In this document: piece after piece, positions 24,240-39,554 of the stretch
How positions within the stretch are numbered: position 1 is the stretch's first letter
Layout of the letters: every line of letters starts with the position of its first letter
Origin: Macrostomum lignano
Taxonomy: Eukaryota
Length of the DNA stretch: 64,000 nucleotides
Direction: 5' to 3'
NCBI GenBank assembly: GCA_002269645.1
Contig: NIVC01000225.1
Span: 186,001 to 250,000, forward strand
The notes under the pieces: generated by a model
The model's database searches: none
What the model was told of the DNA's origin: nothing
Seen by the model: only the letters and a program-made list of their open reading frames with translations
Made by a program: the position numbers and the translations under genes

Positions 24240-24515
24240 GCAGACCCGCTGTGGGGATCCCTGTCTGCTGGGATCACTGGAGACCCGCTGTGGGGATCAC
24301 TGCAGACCCGCTGTGGGGATCACTGCAGACCCGCTGTGGGGATCACTGGAGACCCGCTGTGAGGATCACTGCAGACCCGCTGTGGGGATCACTGGAGACC
24401 CGCTGTGGGGATCACTGCAGACCCGCTGTGGGAATCACTGGAGACCCGTTGTGGGGATCACTGCAGACCCGCTGTGGGGACCACTGCAGACCCGCTGTGG
24501 GGATCACTGCAGACC
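24240..24515. repeat. 23-bp minisatellite GCAGACCCGCTGTGGGGATCACT (3' UTR region)
   Basis: Direct reading. Confidence 0.88.
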
Positions 24516-25124
24516 CTCTATGGGTACCACTTTGCGAAAAAGAGACTTTTCAAAACATCAAATCGAGTAAAAGCAGGGCTTGAAACCTAAAAAGGGGTTC
24601 AGAGCGCACCCAAGTTCGGAGCATTTCCGAGGGAAGAAGTTTGATTAAATTTTTGTCCGGCAAACCCCGCCATCTCTGGCAAGTATTGGCTGCCTTTCCC
24701 TGCTTTCTGCTTCTCCTTGTTTTGCTTCAGCTCTGCAGGCCCGCGCCCTGTTCGCGGTTATGTTTTGGCGGTCAGTGCATGCCGCCGGGCATCGCCTCTG
24801 AACCCCTTAACTGTTGTTAATTTTTCCCGCAATTTAAGGCTTTAATTATGCTTTTGTTCTCCCAAATGCTGGCATAATTTACAGCTGCTCTGTTTCTCGC
24901 TAATCCGCCTTTTCTTCTCAGCCGATGCAGCCAGTTTATCATCCCATCCGGCAACTGCAGTGTCCGCTCAGCAACTTTATTCTCATCGATTTTGCTAATT
25001 ATCAATAAAATATTGCTTTTCGCGACCGCTCTTGTACAAAATATGATTTGGCTGCATGGTCTCGTCTCGAATGCCTACTTGGCAAAGTTTCATTTTACTG
25101 AGTTCGTTTCTTGGAACTGTGAGG

Positions 25125-25850
25125 GCCAGTATGGCACTGTGAGGGACAGTATGGCACTGTGAGGGACAGTATGGCACTGTGAGAGACAGTATGGCACTGT
25201 GAGGGACAATATGGCACTGTGAGGGACAGTATGGCACTGTGAGAGACAGTATGGCACTGTGAGGGACAGTATGGCACTGTGAGGGACAATATGGCACTGT
25301 GAGAGACAGTATGGCACTGTGAGGGACAATATGGCACTGTGAGGGACAATATGGCACTGTGAGAAGGACAGTATGGCACTGTGAGAGACAGTATGGCACT
25401 GTGAGAGACAATATGGCACTGTGAGGGACAGTATGGCACTGTGAGAGACAGTATGGCACTGTGAGGGACAATATGGCACTGTGAGGGACAATATGGCACT
25501 GTGAGGGACAATATGGCACTGTGAGGGACAGTATGGCACTGTGAGAGACAGTATGGCACTGTGAGAGACAGTATGGCACTGTGAGAGACAGTATGGCACT
25601 GTGAGGGACAATATGGCACTGTGAGGGACAGTATGGCACTGTGAGGGACAGTATGGCACTGTGAGGGACAATATGGCACTGTGAGAGACAGTATGGCACT
25701 TTGAGGGACAGTATGGCACTGTGAGGGACAGTATGGCACTGTGAGGGACAGTATGGCACTGTGAGGGACAGTATGGCACTGTGAGGGACAGTATGGCACT
25801 GTGAGGGACATATGGCACTGTGAGGGACAGTATGGCACTGTGAGGGACAG
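25125..25850. repeat. 20-bp minisatellite GTATGGCACTGTGAGGGACA
   Basis: Direct reading. Confidence 0.92.
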
Positions 25851-26089
25851 TATTTTAGTGTCATTTAGTCTCACTCTGGAGTTTCTAGAATTCAAGGAAC
25901 GAGCAATTCACAACTATACGAGCTATTTCTGCACAAGATCTGTTTTCACTTATACTATTAGTAGCATATTTGCACATTTGCGCCGTCATAATGAATAGAT
26001 TCAAGGAGTCGAATACATACAGAAATCATCCCAAGCGTGAGGCGTTTCTAAGAAAAGATAGGTCAGCAGCCCGCGGCGGGACACGGCAG

Positions 26090-26939
26090 TCACAGCAGGA
26101 AGCTGTCCAGCAGGACGAGCGCCCTCAGGACCAGGCGGGTCTCGCGCGGCCGGAAGCACTGCGCCCCCTGCACTTCCTGCTTCAGCTGGCTGTAGGCTCC
26201 GTCTGAGTCGGCGAACCGCAGGCAGGCCGTCCAGATCTTCCGCTGCTGCTCGGTGCTGATATCGAAGGCCGTCCGCAGGCAGCGCAGGAGGGCGCCAGGC
26301 TCCGGGCCGCCGCACAGGCGGTGCAGTTGGTCCAGCAGGCGGGCGCCGAGGCGAGCCGAGGCAGACAGGCCGGAAGGGTCGGCGGCGTCTTGGCCGGCGG
26401 CAGAGTCGACCGTCCGCGCCAGCTCGGCCAGCTGCTCGGCCAGCTGGTCCTCGGCCTCCCGCTGGCTGCCGCTGGCATCGGCGCTGGGAAATGTTGGGGG
26501 GAGCCAGATGGCCAAATCGATGCGTCAGTCGATCCGCAATCAGCGAGGAGGCAAGCAGCCATGCCTGGCCCCTGAGCCCGCACTCACACAGTGTGTACAG
26601 CGTACAGCTGTATATGTACAAGTTTTACAGGTTTCTCATTATCGAACGATTGTGATTGGCCCTCGGGCGTGGATGGCACAACAAGAATTTTCTGGCCAGT
26701 TTTTTTCAATAAATTAATGCGGATATATTATGCAACAGGCATGCCTTCCGGGAAACACATGTAGCAGCCTCAAAGCTGGTAACAGACCTGGCGATCAAAG
26801 TCTCGCGCAGCTCAGCATTGGTGCTCAAAACTTGGCCAAGCCGGGTCAGAAGCAGCCGGGCCTGCACATACAACAGACTGCGGCCGTTTGCCAACTCGTC
26901 CACAAAGTCCAGCGGCAAACTGCTTAAGTTGCTCTGCAT
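26090..26939 (-). CDS. Hypothetical 230-aa protein; exons 26939-26745, 26691-26588, 26483-26090
   Basis: ACCATG start with an in-frame stop just upstream. Exons join in phase using a 53-nt GC-AG intron (AAG|GCATGC) and a GT-AG intron. Helical, Leu-rich product (LLDQLHRLCGG...LLRCLRTAFDISTEQQRKIWTACL); no family recognised. Confidence 0.6.
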
Positions 26940-28771
26940 GGTTCAATTACAAACATCGGAACTGGATCGATCTTCTACTCGTACGAAGGGAGGGGCTTTT
27001 TGCTTCAGTCAATTCCTCATTGACAAAACTCCTCTACCATAGACAACAGGAGGTTCTAAATACGGCTCGTAGAATGGTCCGCAGACAAATTACCCGACAA
27101 ACTTTTTGTTCGCCGCGAGTTTCGGTAAAGTGAAGGCTTCAGCTACAGCAGGACACGGTAACACCAGCGACAGATTATAGATGCTCTGATATATTACACT
27201 GAGCTACTGAGGTTGACTTACTTACTTGACTGAGCTGCAGGGGGCTCCGTGCGTCCGGAAACAGCGACGAGGCGTTGCCGCCCATTTCACTAACCCCTGG
27301 CGATCAGCTGAGGTTCCCTGTGACTGCTGCAGCAGTGAATCAAGGACAACTTAAGTAAGGACGCAACACTCGAAATCTATGGTAAATGTTTAGAAGGCAA
27401 CATTTCGCCGAAAAATTCAGTACAGTTTTAGGAGGTTTTAATTTTTTCAGCACAAAAATTGTTTGTGCTTTTGATAGGAGGCAGATCCAGTGTTCATCTT
27501 TTGATATGTTGTGCCTTTCTTATTGCTCTATCGATATTCATAAAGTTTTTCGTTCAGAAATATAGTTTTAAAGGCAGGTTTCACCGGAAAAATACACTAC
27601 GGAGATAGGAAATTTCACGATTTTCAACACTAGCTCGTAAAACAGTGATTGAGTCTCAATTAACAGTGTCAGAGAAAGTTATAATCACACTATTTTGTGC
27701 CTCACATGCTGTTCTAACGACGCATTAATCGATTTCTCATGTTAAATTGGTTTTGTCATAATTTTAAACGTTTTCCAATAAAGACAACGTCACAAATCTA
27801 AGTCAAAATTACGTAAAAAACATCGACAGAATTGATGTCATTTCGACGTCGAACTTTGACCTATTTTCAACGTCACTTTGACGTCGCGCAACGTCACCCC
27901 ACTTTGCTACCCGGGATATATGGTTACATTTGCCAAACTGTTCTTTCACTAATTTTTAGAGGCAATATTTCTCGCAACAACTTTTCGGAGCATGGAACAT
28001 GGAGAGCCACATTTACTAAAAAGATTATGTCAATAGGATATTTTTGTTAAAGTCTCCAGTACCATCATCCGACAACAGCAAGGACCACACTGTAGTTTAC
28101 AGGCCAGGGTCGTAAAACTCAAAGATTGTGCATTTTTGGAGGCAAGCTTCTTGGAAAAGTCGACACACTTCTTGGAGAAGGGAAAATTTTTTATCTCAAA
28201 TCAATGATTGCATTTGATCTGGGGCAGTGTAGATTACAATATTTCTTACAAGAAAATTTCTTACATGTAAATAAGCATGCACAGCATGCTAATTAAGATA
28301 ACTTTCATGTAAATTATATGATTGCTACGTTGTATGATGCATTTTCAGTTTTTAATTTTAGTTTTAAGTCCTGTGTTATACTACAGTCGTTCTTGATTAA
28401 AAGCTGTATTGATAAAAATAAGAAAAATACTCTTTCATCTCAAAACCATTTTGAGTGCATTTGATCTGGGGTCCGTATTTTCTATCAACAAAAATTACGG
28501 GTTTTGTCTATATTATCAACTTAAGCAGCAATATTTATACTTATGAATCTAAAAAGCAATTAGATACCCTCTGTACATTAAGTAAAATAATTTATTGTTT
28601 ATAGTTCTCTCGTGATTTTATATTTTCTGTGTTGTCTTGGATACAGCATAGACTTCTTTTTAAATGGACAATCAACAGTATTTACAATTTACATAAAATT
28701 ATCTTAATTAGTTTTGCCTCCAAGTTCTTTTCAGTTTTTCGAGAATTTTTTTACTCCATAAAAATCTCAAC

Positions 28772-29761
28772 ATGCCAGAGGAAGCAGAAACCATGCCTAA
28801 ACCGCATATCTATGTGGAGAGAACACTGGCTGTGATTAAACCAGATGCTGTGCATCATGCTGACGAAATCGAGGACATTATTACTCAAAATGGATTCTCT
28901 GTTCTGCACAAACGGAAGGTGCAACTCACACCAGAACAAGCCAGTGAATTATATTCCGAGCACTTCGGAAAAATGTTTTTTCCCAGTTTGATTACGTATA
29001 TGAGCAGCGGGCCAATCGTTGCCTTGGTCATTGCCAAGGACAAAGCCATCAGCAGCTGGAGGGAGCTCATCGGTCCCACAAACGCTCTGATTGCGAAGCA
29101 GTCTCATCCGGATAGCCTTCGAGCCAAGTATGGCACAGATGACCAACAGAATGCTCTACACGGAAGCGACAGTTTCACGAGTGCGGAAAAGGAAATTCGC
29201 TTCTTCTTTCCAGACAGCATTGTGGAGCCGATTTCAATCGGCGATTCTGCCAAGTCCTACCTTGCCCGGCATGTCAACCCAACCGTGCTCAAGGGACTTA
29301 CTGAGCTGTGCAAGAAAAAGCCCAACGATCCAATTGTGTGGCTATCTAATTGGCTACTAGAAAACAACCCGAATAAACCAAAGGTTTGTAGTCATTTGAT
29401 ATGATGCGATGCTCTAATCTTTCTCATGTAAATACGACTTATACCAAGCCAATGTAAGTTAATTCTTAAAAAGCATTAAAATATCAAAAATTATAAAGCA
29501 GCAAGGTATTGAAATATCTGTGCAAAAAACTAATTATTTAAGGGATATAAATATAAATTATCAACTAAAAATTTTATTAAAAATCCCACCAAACTGAAAA
29601 TATTTCAAACCCAATTGATCAATTTTTAAGTATCAAATAGTTATCCAAATCAAACTGAAAGTGAGCAGATTTGCTTAGGACAAAATGCAAGAAACATTTA
29701 CCATATTTAAACTCATTTTCAGGTTGGTGGCAACTATTCTGTTGAAGAACCTCAGGCATAA
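28772..29761 (+). CDS. NME5: Nucleoside diphosphate kinase homolog 5 (nm23-H5, radial spoke RSPH23) with C-terminal Dpy-30 motif; exons 28772-29383, 29723-29761
   Basis: ERTLAVIKPDAV, MSSGPIVALV, WRELIGP, SLRAKYGTD, NALHGSDS NDK motifs followed by Dpy-30 motif YLARHVNPTVLKGLTELCKKKPNDPIVWLSNWLLENNPNKP. Donor AAG|GTTTGT at 29384, acceptor TTTCAG at 29722, stop 29759-29761, AATAAA ~29857. Confidence 0.93.
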
Positions 29762-30589
29762 ACTGCAAGCACCCAGCTCTACTTGTGTCTAATTGGTTTA
29801 ATTTTTATTATATTTAACAGTTTGACTAACATTGGCATTTTTGCTAATTTACTTCTAATAAAGTATCTAGACTCTTGTTGATATCAGCAGTATAGAACAA
29901 AAAAACATAAAAAAAGTTTTTTATTAAAGATTTTTATTAATATTCTTTCTTATTCCACACATCAAATATTAATGTGAGTAGTAAGTTAAAGCTAAAAACT
30001 ACAACCATGGCACAGCTAATTGTCTCGGATTTATTTATAAGACGATTTTTTTACTTTAAACTATAGATTTCCTGCTCATATCGGTTTTTAACTTTTCATT
30101 AAACAATAAGACTCGCTGAATTAAACAATAGATTGTACTTGTTATACTTGCTTGTACTACTGCATTAGTAATCTATGTCGTTTTGTTTTTAATAATTCGT
30201 TTTTGGAGGGCTGAAAAAAAATTAGCCAGAAAACGCTGCGGGATCTTGGAGCGGAGTTAAAATATATGTTGCAGAACTGCTAAATTAATGCTGATCGTAA
30301 GTGCTGACAACAGGGCTAATATTGGAAGAAAATTGTTGAATAAATAATTTTTTAAGGCCTGAATTGATTAGAATAGAAATAAATGAATTTGCCGAACCTC
30401 TATAAGCTATTAATAACTTGAGTTACTTGACTATTAAATAGCTTCATAATCAGTAATTTTTCTAAACTTTTAATGGCAATTTCTGCGACTCAACCTACAC
30501 ATGGTGCCTCGCCTCCCTGCATATTAGCACTTCAATGTTCGCATTGGCGCCTTAAATTCTATATTGGCGTCTCAATATTTATACTGGCA

Positions 30590-32350
30590 CTTCAATATCT
30601 ACACTGCCGCCTCAATATCTACACTGGTGCCTCAATATCTACACTGGCGCCTCAATATCTACACTGGCGCCTCAATATCTACACTGGCGCCTCAATATCT
30701 ACACTGGCGCCTCAATATCTACACTGGCGCCTCAATATCTATACTGGCACCTCAATATCTACACTGCCGCCTCAATATCTATACTGGCGCCTCAATATCT
30801 ACACTGCCGCCTCAATATCTACACTGCCGCCTTAATATCTACACTGCCGCCTCAATATCTACACTGCCGCCTCAATATCTATACTGGCACCTCAATATCT
30901 ACACTGCCGCCTCAATATCTACACTGCCGCCTTAATATCTACACTGCCGCCTCAATATCTACACTGCCGCCTCAATATCTATACTGGTGCCTCAATATCT
31001 ACACTGCCGCCTCAATATCTATACTGGCACCTCAATATCTACACTGCCGCCTCAATATCTACACTGCCGACTCAATATCTATACTGGTGCCTCAATATCT
31101 ACACTGGCGCCTCAATATCTATACTGGCGCCTCATTATCTATACTGGCGCCTCATTATCTACACTGGCGCCTCATTATCTACACTGGCGCCTCAATATTT
31201 ACATTGGCGCCTCAATATCTACACTGGCGCCTCAATATCTACACTGCCGCCTTAATATCTACACTGGCGCCTCATTATCTATACTGGCGCCTCAATATTT
31301 ACACTGGCGCCTCAATATCTACACTGGCGCCTCAATATCTACACTGCCGCCTTAATATCTACACTGGCGCCTCAATATCTATACTGGCGCCTCAATATCT
31401 ACACTGGCGCCTCAATATCTATACTGGCGCCTCATTATCTATACTGGCGCCTCATTATCTACACTGGCGCCTCAATATCTATACTGGCGCCTCATTATCT
31501 ACACTGCCGCCTCAATATCTATACTGGCACCTCAATATCTACACTGCCGCCTCAATATCTATACTGGCACCTCAATATCTACACTGCCGCCTCAATATCT
31601 ACACTGCCGCCTTAATATCTACACTGCCGCCTCAATATCTACACTGCCGCCTCAATATCTACACTGGCGCCTCAATATCTATACTGGCACCTCAATATCT
31701 ACACTGCCGCCTCAATATCTATACTGGCACCTCAATATCTACACTGCCGCCTCAATATCTACACTGCCGCCTTAATATCTACACTGCCGCCTCAATATCT
31801 ACACTGCCGCCTCAATATCTATACTGGTGCCTCAATATCTACACTGGCGCCTCAATATCTATACTGGCACCTCAATATCTACACTGCCGCCTCAATATCT
31901 ACACTGCCGCCTTAATATCTACACTGCCGACTCAATATCTATACTGGTGCCTCAATATCTACACTGGCGCCTCATTATCTATACTGGCGCCTCATTATCT
32001 ATACTGGCGCCTCATTATCTACACTGGCGCCTCATTATCTACACTGGCGCCTCAATATTTACATTGGCGCCTCAATATCTACACTGGCGCCTCAATATCT
32101 ACACTGCCGCCTTAATATCTACACTGGCGCCTCATTATCTATACTGGCGCCTCAATATTTACACTGGCGCCTCAATATCTACACTGGCGCCTCAATATCT
32201 ACACTGCCGCCTTAATATCTACACTGGCGCCTCAATATCTATACTGGCGCCTCAATATCTACACTGGCGCCTCAATATCTATACTGGCGCCTCATTATCT
32301 ATACTGGCGCCTCATTATCTACACTGGCGCCTCAATATCTATACTGGCAC
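30590..32350. repeat. 20-bp minisatellite CCTCAATATCTACACTGGCG with an 860-bp higher-order duplication
   Basis: Rare variants recur 860 bp apart (GCCGA 31066/31926; ACATTGG 31201/32061). Confidence 0.92.
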
Positions 32351-32904
32351 CTCAAACTCCCTATTGGCGCTGCAACCCAACATCAGTTTCGCGCACTGGC
32401 GCCTCGATCCGGCAGGAGCAGTGGCCATTAGCCGGTGTATTGAGAGACACAAAGCAGCCAGAGGTCTGGAACGGAACGGAGTCGGCAGCAGGTGACTATA
32501 ATTAACAGACTGCATCAAGCAGATGGGGGACGGAAATGCCGGTGGCGGCAGAACAGGCAGTTTTTAATTAATCACTAAGGCGAAATTCATGCTGACTGCA
32601 CCAATCAAATTATTTACTGTCGCTATTTTGGGAACCTGTCAAGTTAGTGACTAAGTCTGAGAGATTCGATGTACTTAATTAACAAAAATTAAGTACATCT
32701 TGAAGGCATATCTCAGAGATGAAAATAAATTTAACAACATTTCCGGGGAAGCGGGGAAAATTTTCAGGAAAAAAATTAAAAACTTGAAGCAATCGACAAT
32801 TAAGGGCAAAGAGCCACATTTTTTGGGCAACCGAAACAAATAGTTGTCCTTGCAGTTCAATAGTTGGCTTTGGGTCAACTTGGTCAGGGTGATCAGGCTT
32901 GACT

Positions 32905-33532
32905 GTTAGGTCAGGTCAGGTCAGGCCATGCCTGGTCAGGTCAGGTCAGGTCAGGTCAGGCCATGCCTGGTCAGGTCAGGTCAGGTCAGGCCATGCCTGG
33001 TCAGGTCAGGTCAGGTCAGGTCAGGTCAGGCCATGCCTGGTCAGGTCAGGTCAGGTCAGGTCAGGCCATGCCTGGTCAGGTCAGGTCAGGTCAGGTCAGG
33101 CCATGCCTGGTCAGGTCAGGCCATGCCTGTCGCGACTTTCCTATTCATTTCTTAGTTCACCTTCACTTGTCTCCGTTTTCTCTCTCTCTGTCTAGCTCAA
33201 TCTTGTTATTCTTATCTCTCTCTCCCTTGCTGCGTTCTGATTGGCTCTCCGTTCTCGCCTCTTTCCTCAGTCGCGCACTCCACCCCCTCTCCTTATTATT
33301 CTGGGCTCAACCCCCCAAAGTTAAATGTTCTATAAATATATCGGTTTGGGCCCTGCGCCTACTTACTGGCTGGCTCTTCTTAGTATTCAATTTAACTCCA
33401 AGTAACTCTCTAGTTTTTAGGCTTGTTCTTATTTTCTCTACAATGCCTGGTAGGGTCAGGTCAGGTCATGTCAGGTCAGGTCAGGTCAGGTCAAGGTTAG
33501 GTCAGGTCAAGGTCAGGTCAGGTCAGGTCTGT
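32905..33532. repeat. (GGTCA)n array with GGCCATGCCT spacers, interrupted by the solo LTR
   Basis: Direct reading. Confidence 0.88.
33128..33442 (+). mobile_element. Solo LTR (315 bp) of an LTR retrotransposon
   Basis: TGTCGCGAC...CTCTACA termini; exact 5-bp direct repeat ATGCC on both flanks (33123-33127 and 33443-33447); internal ATTGG (33241) and TATAAATA (33331); interrupts a GGTCA array. Confidence 0.8.
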
Positions 33533-34318
33533 TGAAGACAGTCGAAGGCCCAGAACGGTGCCTGTCACGACGCCGGTCACAAAAAGGCAGGCGATGACGC
33601 CGCCGGCCAGCAGCAGCAGCAGCCGCCGCCGCCGCCGCCCCATCTGGGGACACCGGCAGCAGCAGCCGCTCTCGTTAATCCTCGGATTGGCAGCCGTCGT
33701 TGAGCTTGACGTCGGCGGTGCTGGCTGACTTGGCGGCGGTGGCGCCTCCTCGGCTGGCAGCCAAAGTCGCGGCGGGGCGAGTTCCGCCTCAGCTTCCTTG
33801 AGCTCCATCAGCGACCTGTCGCCCTGGCCGCTGAGCAGCAGGCGGTTGTCATAGTAATAGTGCACGCTGGGGTCGCCGGCCAGCTCTGGAAGCGGCAGAG
33901 GCTGCGGCGGCAGCGCCAGAGGCGGCGGCGCCACCGAAGCGCCAAATCCCGGCGCCGATCCGAGCAGCGGCCTCGGTGGCCCGATGGCCGGCCGGAATCG
34001 GAAGCCGAAGTCGTCGTCGTTTTTGTCCTCCTCGACTGCCGCTGCCGCCGCCAGCTGGCCGCCGCTGTTGCTGCTTCGAAAAGGCGTTCGTTTCCGCCGT
34101 TGCTTTTTCTTCTGCTTTTTCTCGCTGCCCTCAGCAGAGCCGCGATTTTCGGCACCAGCCGGCTGAGGAGGCAGCGGCGGCGGCGAGGGGCTTTCGGCAG
34201 CGGTTCTGAAGCTGAAGCGGCCGCTGCTGGGCAGGGTGAGCTGCTCCGCCGCGTCGTAGAAGCTGCTGCCCGGCGCCGTGGAAGCGGCGCCCTCAGTCGG
34301 CGCCGCCGGCAGGGCCAT
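33518..34318 (-). CDS. Hypothetical intronless Pro-rich membrane protein with a single C-terminal TM helix (266 aa)
   Basis: GC-rich ORF with an in-frame upstream stop; basic stretch KKQKKKQRRKR; CCCRC cluster, then RRRRR, then hydrophobic LLLLLAGGVIACLFVTGVVTGTVLGL eight residues from the stop. Confidence 0.65.
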   Translation of the reverse strand: MALPAAPTEGAASTAPGSSFYDAAEQLTLPSSGRFSFRTAAESPSPPPLPPQPAGAENRGSAEGSEKKQKKKQRRKRTPFRSSNSGGQLAAAAAVEEDKNDDDFGFRFRPAIGPPRPLLGSAPGFGASVAPPPLALPPQPLPLPELAGDPSVHYYYDNRLLLSGQGDRSLMELKEAEAELAPPRLWLPAEEAPPPPSQPAPPTSSSTTAANPRINESGCCCRCPQMGRRRRRLLLLLAGGVIACLFVTGVVTGTVLGLRLSSTDLT

Positions 34319-34734
34319 TCGCCGGCTGCTGCCCCGCTGCCTGAGTCAGTTCGGGCACCTGCCGGCTGCTGCGGGGGGGATGCTGCACGCTCAGAAACTC
34401 GAATTGCGCTCGGGGGTACAGCGAGTAGCTCGTAGAGAGAGGCTGCCGCAGACCCTCTCAGTCCGGAGCGCGAGTCTCTATAATACCCATTATTGTTCGG
34501 GTGCGGCCAGACTGGGCTGTGGACGTCTCACAGCAGCCGCAGCTGAGGCTGGCTGAGTGTACAAGCGGCCCCACTCACTTCAACTACTTATCGCTTGTGC
34601 AGCCGGTGGAGTAACAATGAGAGCTGAGCCGAGCGCACCGAAGCCTGAGAATGCTATATTTATAAGCTTTGTGTTTTTACTAACTGAGTAACGCCGGGCC
34701 ACCTCTAAGTCGAAACCCGTTCCGCTCAGGCCTC

Positions 34735-35600
34735 ACACTGACAGATTCCTGACATCACACTGACAGATTCCTGACATCACACTGACAGATTCCTGACATC
34801 ACACTGACAGATTCCTGACATCACACTGACAGATTCCTGACATCACACTGACAGATTCCTGACATCACACTGACAGATTCCTGACATCACACTGACAGAT
34901 TCCTGACATCACACTGACAGATTCCTGACATCACACTGACAGATTCCTGATATCACACTGACAGATTCCTGACATCACACTGACAGATTCCTGACATCAC
35001 ACTGACAGATTCCTGGCATCACACTGACAGATACCTGACATCACACTGACAGATTCCTGACATCACACTGACAGATTCCTGACATCACACTGACAGATTC
35101 CTGACATCACACTGACAGATTCCTGACATCACACTGACAGATTCCTGACATCACACTGACAGATTCCTGACATCACACTGACAGATTCCTGACATAACAC
35201 TGACAGATTCCTGACATCACACTGACAGATTCCTGACATCACACTGACAGATTCCTGACATCACACTGACAGATTCCTGACATTAACACTGACAGATTCC
35301 TGACATTACACTGACAGATTCCTGACATCACACTGACAGATTCCTGACATCACACTGACAGTTTCCTGACATTAACACTGACAGATTCCTGACATCACAC
35401 TGACAGATTCCTGACATCATACTGACAGTTTCCTGACATTACACTGACAGATTTCTGACATAACACTGACAGAACCCTGACATAACACTGACAGCTTCCT
35501 GACATTACACTGACAGTTTCCTGACATCACACTGACAGATTCCTGACATTACACTGACAGATTCCCGACATAACACCGACAGATTCCTGACATTTTCCTG
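34735..35600. repeat. 22-bp minisatellite CACACTGACAGATTCCTGACAT
   Basis: Period 34741 to 34763. Confidence 0.92.
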
Positions 35601-35984
35601 ACATTGTCCCGACAGGCTCGAGGCGCAATCCTGACAATGCCAATTATCTTTTGCATACAAAATTGGAATTCAATAAGTTGCGTGGTGAAATCCGATGCAA
35701 ATAGAATCTGTTTGAAGGCCAACTTCAACTTCATCAGCCAGGAGGAAGCGTCTCAAATAGCCATTGCTCAACAGTCGCCCATCCGCAAATGCCGACTTTC
35801 GCTTTTAGCTTAACAGGAAACGCGATTAAATTTCCTGCTACTGCCCGAGAGAGCAATCTCATCAAATTAACTCAATCTGATTGCTCCACTTGCTGAGCAG
35901 CTTTAATCTGCTCGGGACTCAGCTTAGCGAAGCATTTGCGACAGCCTTTTTAGTAATTGCTCAGGCAGCATCTGGTGCGGGGCT

Positions 35985-38627
<2,643 letters not shown>

Positions 38628-38645
<18 letters not shown>

Positions 38646-38928
38646 CAACTTAGTAACTGACTGAGAAAACTAAATAATAACTTTTGACTTGGGAAAGATT
38701 AGCCAGAATACGAAACCGGCCTTTCAACGCTTGGCGTCAAGCAAAAAGGCGCTTAACTCGAAATTCAGGTGCTGCCCAGTCCGAATTCGAATGTCTGTGG
38801 CCAGGGCTGCAGCAGTGAGAAGGGCCGCCGCTAATCCCAGTCCATCAAGTCTCCGCGGCGTTAATTCTCCATTAGTGGCGAGTCGCACCTGTCTTTGGGG
38901 CGCCCGTCAGCCATGTCAGCCTCGGCAG
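38628..38928. mobile_element. Microsatellite-linked dispersed repeat, copy 1 (may extend to ~39255)
   Basis: About 300 bp nearly identical to 62078-62378; both abut (AACT)n on the left. Confidence 0.75.
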
Positions 38929-39257
38929 CCCGGGTCCACTTTCAAACAGACTCGGGACAAAAGCTGAAGGGCCTGGGGAAAATGGCTAAAGAGGGATTAG
39001 CGAGAGGCAGCAGGGCTAATCTGATGTTTTGACAGCCGTGCCATATTGGGAGGGGCGCCCCGCCAGCTCGGGTGTCTGCCATCCTCAGGTGGTGCGGATT
39101 AGGACCAGATTTTCTCCTATTCGAAGCTCCCGGCTGCACTCGAGTCTCGGGTTTGTTTTGCTGGCAGGCCTGAAAATAGACCGCCGGACAGCGGCAAAAC
39201 ACTAATAACTCTGACCCAGCTGCGGCAAGCTCGAGGCTGCGGCTCCCATGAATAAGG

Positions 39258-39554
39258 GTCAGTCAGTCAGTCAGTCAGTCAGTCAGTCAGTCAGTCAGTC
39301 AGTCAGTCAGTCAGTCAGTCAGTCAGTCAGTCAGTCAGTCAGTCAGTCAGTCAGTCAGTCAGTCAGTCAGTCAGTCAGTCAGTCAGTCAGTCAGTCAGTC
39401 AGTCAGTCAGTCAGTCAGTCAGTCAGTCAGTCAGTCAGTCAGTCAGTCAGTCAGTCAGTCAGTCAGTCAGTCAGTCAGTCAGTCAGTCAGTCAGTCAGTC
39501 AGTCAGTCAGTCAGTCAGTCAGTCAGTCAGTCAGTCAGTCAGTCAGTCAGTCAG
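39258..39554. repeat. Perfect (AGTC)n microsatellite
   Basis: Direct reading. Confidence 0.95.

Noticed and set aside
24817-25005. 62-aa minus-strand ORF with protein-like composition
   Set aside because: No recognisable motif or in-phase splice partners.
30473-32495. LRR-looking ORFs (PQYLHWRLNIYTGASISTL)
   Set aside because: 20-bp repeat open in several frames; not a leucine-rich-repeat gene.
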